Shown: positions 12,284-27,074 of the stretch, piece by piece
Numbering within the stretch: the first letter of the stretch is position 1
How the letters are laid out: every line of letters starts with the position of its first letter
Source: Octopus vulgaris
Taxonomy: Eukaryota
Assembly (NCBI GenBank): GCA_951406725.2
Contig: OX597837.1
Span: 35,092,001-35,156,000 of the forward strand
DNA: 64,000 nucleotides
Direction: 5' to 3'
The notes under the pieces: generated by a model
What the model was told of the DNA's origin: nothing
Seen by the model: the letters and a program-made list of their open reading frames with translations, nothing else
The model's database searches: none
Program-made: the position numbers and the translations under genes

Positions 12284-12681
12284 TTAAATTCAACTTACGT
12301 TGAAAGTCATCAAACAAGGTTTACTTTAGATGTATTGAAAGATAAGGAAATAATTTTATTCTCAAATGCAGGATAATGCTAATAATATAGAATGAACAGG
12401 ATAAGCTATCCATATTTTGCAGAAAAATTTGTCGGCAACCAGCCATGAGACCCAAACTCATATCCCTGCGATTACACGTCAAGTGCTTTACCATTAAGCT
12501 AAAATGTCCAACGACAAACTCTTCTTCAGTTTTAAGATGTATAAATCTAGCTTTATAAGACGCTAGCATACGTTAAATTCAACTTACATTGAAAGTCAAT
12601 AAAGTTTGCTTTAGAAACGTTGAGATCTATTGAAAGACACAGATAAGGAAATAATTTTATTCTCAAGGGCAGGATAAAGCT
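12284..12681 (-). mobile_element. TA-flanked module: ~100-bp direct repeats (12284-12380, 12573-12681) enclosing a decayed tRNA-like sequence (12432-12510, minus)
   Basis: Direct repeats start ttaaattcaacttac. The minus strand has A-box TAGCTTAATGGTAAAG, a TGT-type anticodon loop, a degenerate B-box and a T-run. Confidence 0.5.
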
Positions 12682-12703
12682 TATATATATATATATATAT
12701 ATA

Positions 12704-13085
12704 TCTTTTACTTGTTTCAGTCATTTGACTGCAGCCATGCTGGAGCACCACCTTTAGCCGAGCAAATCGACTCCGGGACTTATTCTTTGTAAGTCCAGTA
12801 CTTATTCTATCAGTCTCTTTTGCCGAACCGCTAAGTGACGGGGACGTAAACACACAAGCATCGGTTGTCAAGCAATGCTAGGGAGACAGACACATAAAAC
12901 ACACACACACATACATATATACGACAGGCTTCTTTCAGTTTCCATCTACCAAATCCACTCACAAGGCATTGGTCGGCCCGGGGCTATAGCAGAAGACACT
13001 TGCCCAAGATGCCACGCAGTGGGACTGAACCCGGAACCATGTGGCTGGTTAGCAAGCTACTTACAACACAGCCACTCCTGCGCCT
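12704..13085 (-). mobile_element. Same SINE family, full length
   Basis: Head to tail present. Confidence 0.9.
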
Positions 13086-13194
13086 ATATATATATTTACA
13101 CACACATACACATATGCAAAGACAGGAACAGATATTTACATGCATGTGTATGTTTGTGTGTGTGTTTCTGTTTTGTATATGTGTGTGCATGCAT

Positions 13195-13421
13195 GAGAGA
13201 GAAAGGGAGAGAGAGAAAGAGAGAGAGAGAAAAAGAGGGAGAGAAAGAGAGAGAGAGAAAAAGAGGGAGAGAAAGAGAGAGAGAGAAAAAGAGGGAGAGA
13301 AAGAGAGAGAGAGAAAAAGAGGGAGAGAAAAAGAGGGAGAGAAAGAGAGAGAGAAAAAGAGGGAGAGAAAAAGAGGGAGAGAAAGAGAGAGAGAGAGAAA
13401 GAAAGAGAGAGAGAGAAAAAA

Positions 13422-13498
<77 letters not shown>

Positions 13499-13549
13499 GA
13501 GGGAGAGAAAGAGAGAGAGAAAAAGAGGGAGAGAAAAAGAGGGAGAGAA

Positions 13550-13590
<41 letters not shown>

Positions 13591-13645
13591 AAAAGAGGGA
13601 GAGAAAAAGAGGGAGAGAAAGAGAGAGAGAGAGAAAGAGAGAGAG
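13195..13645. repeat. Compound (AG)n/gagaaaaagaggga microsatellite
   Basis: Direct reading. Confidence 0.95.
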
Positions 13646-14069
13646 TCAGTGATAGACACAGACAGACAGAGTATATTATCCAAAAAAAATTCAATAAACC
13701 ATCCAACAGAATCAATGCATAAGCTACCTATATTAACACAAAACAACGTAGCCTATACGTGTGTGCAGCCTATAGAAATAGGAATCAGGCCACATTGCCT
13801 ATAAAGACACAGCATGCAGCATTATAAACATGAAATATAAGTGTGTCCCATAAAAATAGGTAACAACATTGACGAAAAGCAAACAGACGTGAACAGTAAA
13901 ATGAGGTGCATTTAGTCAATAGAAGAATAGTTAAGTGTAACACCTGGAGTAATAAATATCTTCCCTATACACTATATATGGTGGCCTATATTTAGCTATT
14001 TAGCCTATACAAACATACATGTATATTACGTTATGTAGATAGAAACATATAAATATATGTATGTATGTG

Positions 14070-14705
14070 TTGTGCTGGTGGCATGTAAAATGCACCATCC
14101 GATTGTGGCCGTTTGCCAGCCTCGTCTGGCCCCCGTGCCAGTGGCACGTAAAAAGCACCATCCGATCGTGGCCGTTTGCCAGCCTCGTCTGGCACCTGTG
14201 CAGGTGGCACGTAAAAAAGCACCCACTACACTCACAGAGTGGTTGGCGTTAGGAAGGGCATCCAGCCGTAGAAACACTGCCAGATCAAACTGGGCCTGGC
14301 GCAGCCTTCTGGCTTCCCAGACCCCAGTTGAACCATCCAACCCATGCTAGCATGGAAAACGGACGTTAAACGATGATGGTGTGTGTGTGTGTGTGTGTGT
14401 GTGTGTGGAAAACAACATTCGAGTGGGGTCGCTGCCAGTGCCACCGGACTGGCTTCCGTGTAGGTAACACATAAAAACACCTTTTGAGCGTGGTCATTGA
14501 CAGAACCGCCTGACTAGCCCTCGTGCCGGTGGCACGTAAAAGCACCCAGTACACTCTCGGAGTGGTTGGCATTAGGAAGGGCATCCAGCTGTGGAAACTT
14601 GTCAGATAGAAATGGGAACCTGGCTCACCAGCCCTCAGTCAAACAGTCCAAACCAACCCATGCCAGCATGGAAAGGGGACATTAAACGACGATGATGACG
14701 ATGAC
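14070..14705 (+). mobile_element. SINE family with internal ~60-bp tandem units and (GAT)n RTE-like tail, two copies
   Basis: ggtggcacgtaaaaagcaccatccgatcgtggcc repeats, ggttggcgttaggaagggcatccagcc, ggacgttaaacgatgatg. Confidence 0.8.
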
Positions 14706-14959
14706 AATTGATGGTAACAACTTTCCATCTCCAAGGGATGAACAATTAAATTTGTTTCTGTGTAGAATCTGATGAGCTGTCCACAAAGCTGCAGCCTTCA
14801 TGGATGCAAAACCATTGGTCACTCTATGACCAGACTTTATCTTTAGTGCTTTCATATATATATATATATATATGCTCATGCTTCCCGAAATCCGTCGAAA
14901 CTACACCTGATTATATATACACTTTAGATGAGTTGTAGTGCACCTGAGCACTGTACACA

Positions 14960-15005
<46 letters not shown>

Positions 15006-15149
15006 GGTGGTGGTTGTCTACTCCTTATGCACAGTTTGACCACCTTCTGTATCTATACCTTAGAACCATCATGGCATCTGATGTGGATTTTTAAACCAGA
15101 CAATTGTTCTGAAAAGTCACACACACACACACACACACACACATGATTG

Positions 15150-16544
15150 AGGACATGCTGGAGCACCACCTTTAGTTGAACAAATCAAACCCAGGACTTA
15201 TTCATTGTAAGCCTAGCACTTATTCTATCGGTCTCTTTTGCCGAACAGCTAAGTTATGGGGATGTAAACACACCAACATTGTCTGTCAAGCGATAGTGGG
15301 GGGACAAATACAGACACACAAATACATACATATTTATATATACGACAGGCTTCTTTCAGTTTCCATCTACCAAATCCACTCACAAGGCTTTGGTTGGCCC
15401 GAGTCTATAGCAGAAGACACTTACCCAAGGTGCCACACTGGGATTGAACCTAGAACCAAATGGTTGGGAAGCAAGCTTCTTACCACACAGCCACTCCTGT
15501 GTATTATAGTCACTCCCATGAAAGTTGCTTATTTTTCTATATATTGCAAGCTAGAATGAACTATTGCCATCTCTAGTCCATCAGGTGTCCATCCTCAGTG
15601 GTGGACAAAAATAGCCTGAAAACAGCCAGGTCTGATGATATTGTCAAGTCGCTAGAAGTCAGTAGTGTTTCACTCCTCTGCTTGCAATATATATCGGATG
15701 CAGGATGCATTGTTAACCAACTAGAGAAGACATCCTCTCGGAGTTAAAAAATAGTAGTAACATCGGTTCGTACAGAACAGCCATGAAGTGGTGACAAACA
15801 TTACTTGGCAGAATGTATATATATAGGCGCAGGAGTGGCTGTGTGGTAAGTAGCATGTTTACCAACCACATGGTACCGGGTTCAGTCCCACTGCGTGGCA
15901 CCTTGGACAAGTGTCTTCTACTATAGCCTCGGGCCGACCAAAGCCTTGTGAGTGGATTTGGTAGACGGAAACTGAAAGAAGCCTGTCGTATATATGTATA
16001 TATATATATGTGTGTGTGTGTGTCTGTGTTTGTCCCCCTAGCATTGCTTGACAACCGATGCTGGTGTGTTTATGTCCCCGTCACTTGGCGGTTTGGCAAA
16101 AGAGACCGATAGAATAAGTACTGGGCTTACAAAGAATAAGTCCCGGGGTCGAGTTGCTCGATTAAAGGCGGTGCTCCAGCATGGCCGCAGTCAAATGACT
16201 GAAACAAGTAAAAGAGTAAAGAGTATATATTGATAAAAAGGGTACAGTGAACATGCCATGAAGAATCGGGAATCCAGTATTTCAGGCACATTCCTTATTG
16301 CAAAATGTTGGATATTTTTCACTTTTCATGGCAAATACAATGTCCTTATTTTATCAATCTTCTATAATAATAACTGCCAAAAAGAATTGGTGGGAGACCA
16401 ATGAGCTTCTTTCAGTTTCTGTCTACTAAATTCACTCATAAGGCAGTGGCCGGCCCATGACTAGTAGAAGACATCTGCCATATGCAGTGGGAATGAACCT
16501 GAAACCATGTGGTTGAAAAGTAAACTTCTTGCCACACTGCCATA

Positions 16545-16580
<36 letters not shown>

Positions 16581-16799
16581 TATATATACACACACATATA
16601 CTCTTACTCCTTTACTTGTTTCAGTCTTTTGACTGCGGCCATGCTGGAGCACTGCCTTTAGTCGAGCAAATCGACCCCGGGACTTATTCTTTGTAAGCCC
16701 AGTACTTATTCTATCGGTCTCTTTTGCCGAACCGCTAAGTGACGGAGACGTAAACACACCGGCATCGGTTGTCAAGCAATGCTAGGGGAACAAACACAG

Positions 16800-16830
<31 letters not shown>

Positions 16831-17000
16831 CATATATACGACAGGCTTCTTTCAGTTTCCGTCTACCAAATCCACTCACAAGGCATTGGTCGGCCCGGGG
16901 CTATAGCAGAAGACACTTGCCCAAGATGCCACGCAGTGGGACTGAACCCAGAACCATGTGGTTGGTTAGCAAGCTACTTACCACACAACCACTCCTGCGC
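15150..17000. mobile_element. Cluster of the same SINE family in alternating orientation (~15150-15500 -, 15826-16225 +, 16400-16540 -, 16600-17000 -)
   Basis: Consensus matches. Confidence 0.85.
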
Positions 17001-17001
17001 T

Positions 17002-17033
<32 letters not shown>

Positions 17034-17854
17034 TATACTTGTTAAAGGAGACAACAAACGTTAATCATGGCAAACATCTCAAGTTGTGCACATTATTACT
17101 GCAACAGCTTGTCCAAGGAGTCCAAACTGTGTCCCTCCCTGAAATGTCCTCAACCTCAGACGAAACTGGATCCAAAGCCAGACAGGTGAGATTAAGACTG
17201 ATCTTCTTACCTTCTACCAACAATACACGGATATCTTTGAGCCTCTGATAACGCTAAGCATGAGAACCTTATCATGTACTGAACTTGTCCTGGTTTATCG
17301 CCTGACATACGTCCGAAGCTACACTTTGTAGCTTCTTTGAATCATAACTGAGCACCACATAAGGGCTTTAGCCTACTTGATAATGGACAGAGCTGGAAAT
17401 CTGTCAAGTCTGGTGACATAGGAAAGAAGAATGTAATCTGGACTGAAAGATATCAAACCAACAATTTAGCAGCAAGATAACAACCCTGGGAAACGAAACA
17501 AGAACTGTGTGCTATACTCGTTCTCTCATGATGGGCTTAAATCCAGATATAAAGTATTAGTTTATGCAACAAATTGCACCTTTTAACCCCCTGTGTTTCA
17601 AGCATTTATCCTCTGTTCATTACACTCAGTTACATTTTTTACCTTTGCAAAGGTATTTTTGGTATTGCAAAGATATTAGCATGGCTTGTTTTGAACCTGT
17701 TTCACAAAGACCACTTCAGTCACCATAGGAATGATTTGGTGACTGGTTTCACTCAAGCTTTCCAGCAATTCCTTAGCAGCGATTTGAACCAATCACAAGA
17801 AGAGGTATTTTTTGGCAACATCCATATAAGCATGTCAACACTTGAATTTGGGAG

Positions 17855-20300
17855 TTGTTTACTGTTTCCCGAACTACCACCAAGACACAGCTTTTTGGCA
17901 TTCTCAAAACTTCATTTAAGAAAACATCCACCTATCGTTTTATTACTGGTGATTTCAGATACCCAGAGATTGATTGGAAAACCTTTCACCAATCACAAAG
18001 TGTAAATGATTTCCTTGATTTAGAGATGGACTCAGACTGGTCCCTAGTAGTCACTGTCCCTCAACCACCACCTCCCCGACAAGAGGTAAAAATCACTTTG
18101 GACCTGCTGTTTACTATTGCACCAGAAATTGTTATCAGCATGACTATCAGAATTTTAGGTGACTCCAGGTCACTAATGAGCAGAAAAAGTGACCACCACC
18201 TCCAAACTGCTCGCTTTGACTGGAACTCCTACTGCACTGAGCTACAGCTTCCAAATTGACTTGAATTTATCCATTCTGAAAATGCCAATACCACCCTTCA
18301 GCACATCCTTAATTCAATCTAGACCATGTGCAAAGCATCAGTGTTATGAAAACATGTTATAAACCCACCAAAAGTGCAGTTTGAGAGACTGTGGCAGTTT
18401 CTTTTGCCAGGAAAGAATGATGAGATGCTGAATACGATTGCAGATTACAGAGAACAGAAGCTAAAAGAAAAAGACGACAGTGCAATGGAGTGTATCATGC
18501 AGGTGACGAAAAAAGCAGACTTAAATAACAACAAACCTTGAAAGTGTTCTGGAAAAATGTGTGCTGAAAACAAGGGCCTCATTCTCCAGTTGGCCCTCTT
18601 CATGAATCCCACACACAGATCAGATGAATGATGATCCTAAAGAGGGCACAGAACTTACTGCCAAATGCTATGCTAGCATTTTTACTGTTGGATATCCAAA
18701 CATACCATCTTTGTTGCTACTGGCATCTAATTCCATAAAATCTGTTGGGTTTACTCCCACAGAGCTGGGATATCAATTCAAGCTTATGAACAACTATATT
18801 TCTTCTGGTCTTCATGGTTTTACTTGTCTGCTTCTTAAATGTAGCAGCCTCTTTCTGTTGCAGGAGTTTTCGCTCTTTCCAGTTCCGACTTAACAGTTTT
18901 AACCCAGAACAGTGGAAAACTGCCAGCTTTATTTCCATCAAAAAAGAGTGATCACACATCACCTGTTAATTACCATCCAGTCAATCTCACAAGCTGTATC
19001 ACCAAATTCAACACCTGGTGTCAGAGAGAGATAGTTCAGAACTCTCATAGCCTTATTCATCCCTCACAGTTTCAATCTATTTCAAATTCCAGCTACTGTG
19101 ACCAACTCATCAAGTTTCTTAAAGACATAACCTGAATCACAGATGGCATCTCATGGGTTGATGTTATCTCTCTTGACTTTGCCAAAAGCCTTTAATTCTG
19201 TGCCATGCAACTGACTCATGGTGAAGCTCAATAAACATTAGCTTCTCTGTGTGAAGGACTCACATTTATAGCTGGTTGGTGTCCTTTATTCTCAGCTGAA
19301 AAGAGGGTGGTTGCAGTACTAGAACAACATTCTGCAGTTATGCAATGACATCTGGTGTCTTGCAAGGATCTGTTCTTGGCCCCCTGTAATTTGTTGTCTA
19401 TATTAATAAAATAGATGCCAACTTGAAGCATGTTACATAGATGACATTAAACTGTACATGGAGATAAAAGAAAATGATTCTTATGTGCCATAGATCTTTC
19501 TTGGATCTGACCTGGACACAATTCAGCAATGGATTACTCAATGACAACTCAAGCTGTCTCTGGACAAATACATCACAGTACACTTCAGAAACAAAAAAAC
19601 TTGGAATTTACCAACTTCCTCCACAACACCATCCTTAAGAAGTTTGCTGGTAAATGTGTGACCTGGGAAATAATCATCAGCAATGATCAGTGATGGATGA
19701 ACCTCGTATCTAAAATTGTCAAAAAGACCGAAAGTGTCTTGGCATCACTCACTACGACCTCTGACATTTGTTCACCAGTTATCTATTTAAAGCTATGACT
19801 TACAGTTTGCATCTCCAGCCTGGAACCCTCATCTTGTCCAGAATCTCAATCTGATGGAAATTGTTCAGGAACTTGCAATTAAACAAATGCTCTCTGTCTG
19901 TCACTTACCATATCTTGAATATCTTGCTTCTCGGGGCATTTACACGCTAAAGTGATCATGTCTAGCAGCTGATTTGGTAGAAGCCCCCAAAATTATTTAC
20001 CGTCTTTCCAACATCTACTGTGGCCACCATTTTTGAATTCGATATCTCTATCATCGCTCAACATGCTTACAAAATCAAAAAAAGTGCAGACTTTCAGACA
20101 TATTTTTTCAAGCTCAGAATTGTCAAAACAAGACAGTTGTTAGCTGCGAGGATACGGCATCCTTTAAAGATTCCATACTTCCCAAAATTCCTCAATACTA
20201 CGCCTGATATACTTATGCACTTTTCTCTCTTCATATCTATGGATGGACTCAAACAGACAAACTACAACCTGAGAGGATGTTGCACAACTGGAATATGGTT
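17855..20300 (+). mobile_element. Heavily decayed CR1-like LINE ORF2 (APE endonuclease + reverse transcriptase)
   Basis: Motif remnants FITGDFRYPEIDW, TLDLLFT, SDH, DVISLDFAK, SGVLQGSVLGP, xDDIKLY, WNPHL, with many stops and frameshifts. Confidence 0.8.
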
Positions 20301-21387
20301 ATAATGCATTACAAAAGATAGTGGAAGAATTTGGGTATCAGAAACTGGTAACCTTGTTGGTTGATGCTCCGTTTGAAGAAGGTAGAAATCTACTCTGACC
20401 TGCTGGACGCATTTGCAGCTAAATGAAGACACATTTAGGGGAAGAAACGTAACTGTCTCTTTTATGATCCAGAAATAACGACTCAGTTCATGGAATGGCA
20501 TCACACGCTTTCAAGATCCAAGAAGTTCAGAATTGGATGTTTTTCCGAATGTAATCTAGACTTCATAAAACTCTGAGGTTTTTCAGCAAGGGATTGAAAA
20601 GTTGCTGACCCTTCAACCCAAGCTGTTACAATACTGGTTCCTTATTCTATATGGAGAGAATGGTATCTTTGATACAATACAGTGGCATTCAGTTCAGATG
20701 GTGGTACACGCCGGGCGAAATGCTTAGCGGTATTTCGTCTGCCGTTACGTTCTGAGTTCAAATTCCGCCGAGGTCGACTTTGCCTTTCATCCTTTCGGGG
20801 TCGATAAATTAAGTACCAGTTACGCACTGGGGTCGATGTAATCGACTTAATACCTATGTCTGTCCTTGTTTGTCCCTTCTGTGTTTAGCCCCTTGTGGGT
20901 AATAAAGAAATAGGTATAGCTTTCAAACCCAAAGTTAACTACTGGTCCCTCTAGGACCAACCATGAATATAAATATCTTTGGATAGCTTTCACGTCTTTG
21001 TCCCTAGGAGAGAACCTCAAATCGTTTCGTCTTTTTCAGTAGTCCATCTGTTACACAGAAACTATCTGCTTGGTGAAGACTGATATATATATATATATAT
21101 ATATATGCGTATCTTTTATTTTTCCAGAATGTAAAAGTTGATAAACACATGGAGAGAACAGTTTTGTTTACGGTAAAGTCCTGTAGGAATTATCTCCCTT
21201 GCAAACAAGCTCTGACTTCGAAGTTTCATTTTACGTGTGTGTGTGTGTACGTGACGAATGACATTGTGTTTGTGCCTGATTACTTTCCAATAAAAGTATG
21301 AAATCAGAGCCTGTGTCCATGGGAGATAATTTCTACATGTGGTAAAACAAAACCGTGCCTATGAAATATTTATTCCTGAAAATTATG

Positions 21388-22144
21388 TACTGGGTTCACC
21401 ACAAATTCCATTCGGTTTTTAAGCGAAAATAAACCACAAGTTTTAAACATGAAGTGATTTATTCAATCACTGATATAGTTACCGTCTTGTGCCAATATCT
21501 TCCGACATCTTGTGGATAGATTTATTGTGCACCACTCAAAGAATTTCCTGTCTTTCTTGGTAAAGGATTTTTCCAGGTGAATTTTTATATTCTCTTCAGA
21601 GATGAAGGTTTGTCCATTCAATGAATTTTGAAGAGACCAAAACAGGTGGGAATCTGAAGATGCAAGGTCAGGTGAAAATGGTGGGTGTGGCAAAACCTTC
21701 CCCACCAAGCCCCAGAAACTTCAGCTGCATCTGCAAAGAAGTCTGCAGTCTGGCACTGCCATGATGAAAGAAATAAGCCCTTACGATTAGCAAGTGATGG
21801 ATGGTTCAGGTGGATTGCTGCATTTAATTTGTCCAGCTGGTCACAGTTACAGGTGTGAATTGATGGCCCTGGTCATGGAAAGAAGCTCATAAATGACCAC
21901 TCTCTTCCAATTACAACAAACGGAAAGCCTAACCTTCTTCAGGTGAAATTCTGCTCTGAAGAGTGATTGTGATGGTTCACCTTGCTTCCTCCAGGATCGC
22001 TTATGCTTCACATTGTTACAGACAATCCATTTTTCGTCCCCCACCCCTATTCTCTTTAAAAAAAAAAAGGGTCGTTTTCTTCCCGTTTCTATAATGCAAA
22101 TCAGTTTGGCAAGTTTATCCTCATTCAATTGATGTGGGACCCAG
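21388..22144 (-). pseudogene. Decayed mariner element (3' half)
   Basis: WVPHQL, RIGVGDEKWI, HPPFSPDLASSDSHLFWSLQNSL, DGNY; TA-ending terminus near 21389. Confidence 0.85.
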
Positions 22145-22524
22145 ACATGCAGTAGGACTGAACCCAGAACCATGTGGTTGGGAAGCAAATTTCTTACCAC
22201 ACAGCCATGCCTGTGCCTATGTGTGTGTGTATAGTTATAATCGGGGATGGTCATTTTTGCCATATATATATATATAAGCATCAGTTTAATGTCCACTTTT
22301 CCATGTTTAATGGGCCAGATGAAATTTGTTGGGGCAGATTTTCGACAGCTAGACGCCCTTCCTGCCGGCCAACCCTTACCTATTTCCCATTGAAGAGCAG
22401 AAACAAAGGAGCTCCTTTGTAATGATGGTGATGCTATTCTACAGCTTTCACATAATGTCAAAGAAACGCTAACACACCCATCTATGTACAAACATATACA
22501 TGCATGTGCGTATACACACATTCA

Positions 22525-22561
<37 letters not shown>

Positions 22562-22564
<3 letters not shown>

Positions 22565-22782
22565 GGAGTAAACACATAAATGTGAAACAAGGTGGGAAAA
22601 AAGAGTACTCAAATACCAGTGGTAGAGTAATATGCTTTATTTAAAGCAGCAGAAAATTCAACAAAACCTGTTACTCTGAGTTTCCCGTTGCCGGAATCTA
22701 GCAAAAACTGTCCGACGAACGGCAACGGGAAACTCAGAGTAACAGGTTTTGTTGAATTTTCTGCTGCTTTAAATAAAGTATA
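22562..22782. mobile_element. Fold-back HHR cassette in (TA)n; arms 22631-22693 / 22720-22782
   Basis: Near-perfect 63-bp inverted repeat, unique tail on the left, (TA)n on both sides. Confidence 0.75.
22702..22751 (+). ncRNA. Type-I hammerhead motif, CCGACGA core
   Basis: CAAAAACTGT-CCGACGA-A-CG(GCAA)CG-G-GAA-ACTCAGAGT-A-ACAGGTTTTG: 9/10-bp stem I, GNRA-capped short stem II, GUA site. Confidence 0.7.
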
Positions 22783-23169
22783 TATATATATATATATATA
22801 TATGAAGGTATGAAGGTATGTATGTCACATTCTGAGTCTGCTGGTATGAATTGATAGGTCAACATGTAACATCTTCAGGTGTGTCTTTTCCCTCTGATGA
22901 AATTAAGCTCATAACCTATTGATGCAAATTTGTAATTTGATTATTGAGTACTAATGGAAATGGTTGAAAGAAGTGAAGATTACCAATTTGTTAATAATAA
23001 ATAATTATCAACTTTCAACTCCATTTTCTTTTCTTCACTTAACTGGATATGAACAATATGCTTAATATACACCAATTGTTTTAAGGGAATTTCATTCCTC
23101 AATAATACTAGGTATCAAACCAGTATTCCTTTGGATGTAACCATCCCTTTATGAGGTTAACACATCCTC

Positions 23170-23958
<789 letters not shown>

Positions 23959-25484
23959 TTCCTAAATCAATGTGGTTGGGAAACAAACTTCTTAACCACA
24001 CATACCTGCATCTATATGTGTGTGTGTGTTCATGCATTTTTCTCTCCTTTTCCTAACACCTCCCCTGAGCTGCCACATCCAATTCCTGCCACTCTTTCAT
24101 TTGTACCACCCTTATACTTCTCCCATATTTCCCATCACATTACTATTGTCTGTGCCTACCCCTGTTTTATCCATCCCTCAATCTAACCCCTTAACCTTGC
24201 CTCCCCTCATCTCCTTATCACTCAAGCCCTCCATCACTCTCCTACCTACTGTATTATTCTGCTGCTGTGGCACTTCATCAGTTTAGATGATTAGGGTTCC
24301 AGTTGATCTGATTAAACCAAACAGTCTGCTCATGAAGTTAATGTGCAAGTGGCTGTGTGCTCCACAGACACATGCACACCCTGATGTAGTTCTCAGGGAG
24401 ATTCAGAGTGACAAGGCTGGCCCCTTTTGAATTACAGGTCCAACTCATATTTGCCAGCTGAATTGACTGGAGCAACGTGAAGTGAAGACTCTTGCTCAAG
24501 GACACACTGCACCACCAGGAATCAAATTGTGATTGTGAGCCAAATTGTGATTATGATTGTGAGCCAAATAGCCTAACCCCTGAGCACACAGCTCCTTCTG
24601 CTGCTCTAAGCAATGAAATTAGGACCTGTTACTCTGAACCATTTCATATCACAGTTTTTGTACTACCAGTCACGACTCCCTCTTCTCTCAACAACTTCCA
24701 ATAGATACCAGTCTACCATTCATACAATCCTCCTCCTCCTCCTCCTATCGATCACTCCTCCCACACCTGTTCACCATTCATTACAGTCCTTATTCCTTAT
24801 CCAAGAATTTATCACTCCTGAAAAAAGGAACCCCCTCCCTGGACTTCTTCTGCCACTGTCTGTCTCTGGCCAGTCATGGCCATGTAGGACCCAAGTAGTG
24901 GGTGAAATCATTTCACCATCTCGTCTTTTGCTGACCTCTTTATTTTGTCCCTTGTCTTGGTGTCCATTCTGTCACCATTGTCCATCCACTGTTCTGCAGC
25001 TGTACAATGTGGCCATCCCCCTAATTCCCCTCCTATAAATACCTAATCACCTCAACTACTTGCTTATATCCATCTCTCACTCTGCTCACACACTTCTAAC
25101 CTTGCCCACCCTTGCTGATTCTCTTGTACCCAGGCTCTTATCTATTGACCTCCAGAGTCTGTTTTGGCACCTCATCACCACCCATTTACCTCTTTGTGGC
25201 ATCACTCCAGCCACACCCCACCCATTCATGTAAAATGTGAGATAGCCATGAATCTCCCCCACAACAAACCTGTCCTCCTTACTCCTCCCATCATAACATT
25301 AACCTCTCAACTCCTTACATAAAACAACTGTTCTATCTTCTATTCTCCCTATAAAGTGTGTGTGTGTGGGGGGGGGGCTCTTAAGTCTTGTGAGTTACAA
25401 AGCAACCTCCTTGGTGCTGGTGCTATGAAAAAAAGCACCGAGGACACTCTGTAGAGTAGTTGACATTAGGAAGGGAATTTAGCC

Positions 25485-25519
<35 letters not shown>

Positions 25520-26265
25520 ATGGAAATGAATATTCCTCCAAGTGACTAACTTGAAAATTGTTAAGATATCAAAATATTTTTCTTAACATGAAACTAATGG
25601 TACACTCACACACATATGTATGTAAACATATATAAAGTTATACACACATATACATCCATATACATACATACATACATACAGATAGACAGATAGATAGACA
25701 GAAAGATAGATAGATAGATAGATAGACAGACAGACATAGTTGACTTATATTCTTTTGTTCTTTTACTTGTTTCAGTCATTTGACTGTGGCCATGCTGGAG
25801 TACTGCCTTAGTAAGCCTAGTACTTATTCTGTCAGTCCCTTCTGCTGGACTGCTATGGTACAGGGATTTAAACACACCAATATTGGTTGTCAAGCAACAT
25901 ATAAATGTGTGTGTATGTGTGTTTGTGTGTCTGTGTTTGTCCCCCTAACATTGTTTGACAACCGATGCTGGTGTGTTTACGTCTCCGTCACTTAGCGGCT
26001 CGGCAAAAGAGACCGATAGAATAAGTACTGGGACACAACCGGGAAGCAAGATCCTTACCACACAGCTCAATGCCTGTACACCACATGCACAGCTATTCCA
26101 GAAACAGCTGTAAAACAACTTATGTATTATTTCTTAATCCCTTATTTACTCTAACTTCTCTGCAATTATGGCTGAATTAATAAACTACGCACTCTAAAGT
26201 GATACCACATATTTTGCTTGTTCGTTCCTTCTTTGTAATAATATATATATACATATATATATATA

Positions 26266-26576
26266 TGGAGGCGCAATGGCCCAGTGGTTAGGGCAGCGGA
26301 CTCGCGGTCGTAGAATCGCAGTTTCGATTCCCAGACTGGGTGTTGTGAGTGTTTATTGAGCTAAAACACCTATAGCTCCAACAAGGCTCCGGCAGGGGGT
26401 GGTGGCAATCTCTGCTGTACTCTTTCGCCACAACTTTCTCTCACTCTTTCTTCTGTTGGCCTGCTCGCTTAGCCAGTGGGGTGGCGTCATTTGAAGGCTA
26501 AAACAATGCAAAGCGCATTGTGACCAGCGATGTGTAGCAACATCTGATAGTCTGGTTGGTCACGGTGATCATGGTG

Positions 26577-26580
<4 letters not shown>
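26266..26580 (+). mobile_element. tRNA-derived SINE (ggaggcgcaatggcccagtggttagg head)
   Basis: A-box tggcccagtggttagg and B-box gtttcgattccc; head shared with 58403-58790. Confidence 0.8.
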
Positions 26581-26611
<31 letters not shown>

Positions 26612-27074
26612 GGGGAGGAGGAAAGTCGTAATGTAGCCAGTGGGATTTGAAACCCACATCTACTACAAACTGCTAACCACTACACCACAGTGGTGTCCCG
26701 ATTCTTGACCACCTGAATTGGTAGATTTAAGTAACTCAAATGACATACTAGTGATCGGTCAAACCAGAATCTCGGGCTATGTAGTATTTATGTTATAGTA
26801 TTATATAGTGTTGTGTATTTCTAATAATGATGGTGGAAAAAGCTGTAATATTGCAATATCTGTATACATACTCTTCCTCCTCATCATCATTATCATCTTT
26901 TAATGTCCATTTTCCAAGTTGGAATGGGTTGGATTGTTTGAGAGGATTCAACAAGTCTGAAGGCCACAGTGTGCTCCAGTATCTGCTTTGGTATGGTTTC
27001 TATACATGCATGCACACACACACACACATACATAAACATACATATATGTATACACACACATATATATACACAAG

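Noticed and set aside
12875-13804. 309-aa RE/K-rich ORF
   Set aside because: SINE plus (AG)n repeat.
22860-22910. CTGATGA / CTGAAGA boxes near a ribozyme cassette
   Set aside because: No stem II followed by GAAA and no stem I pairing could be built.
26266-26345. Functional tRNA gene
   Set aside because: tRNA-like head continues into SINE body; no proper acceptor stem.
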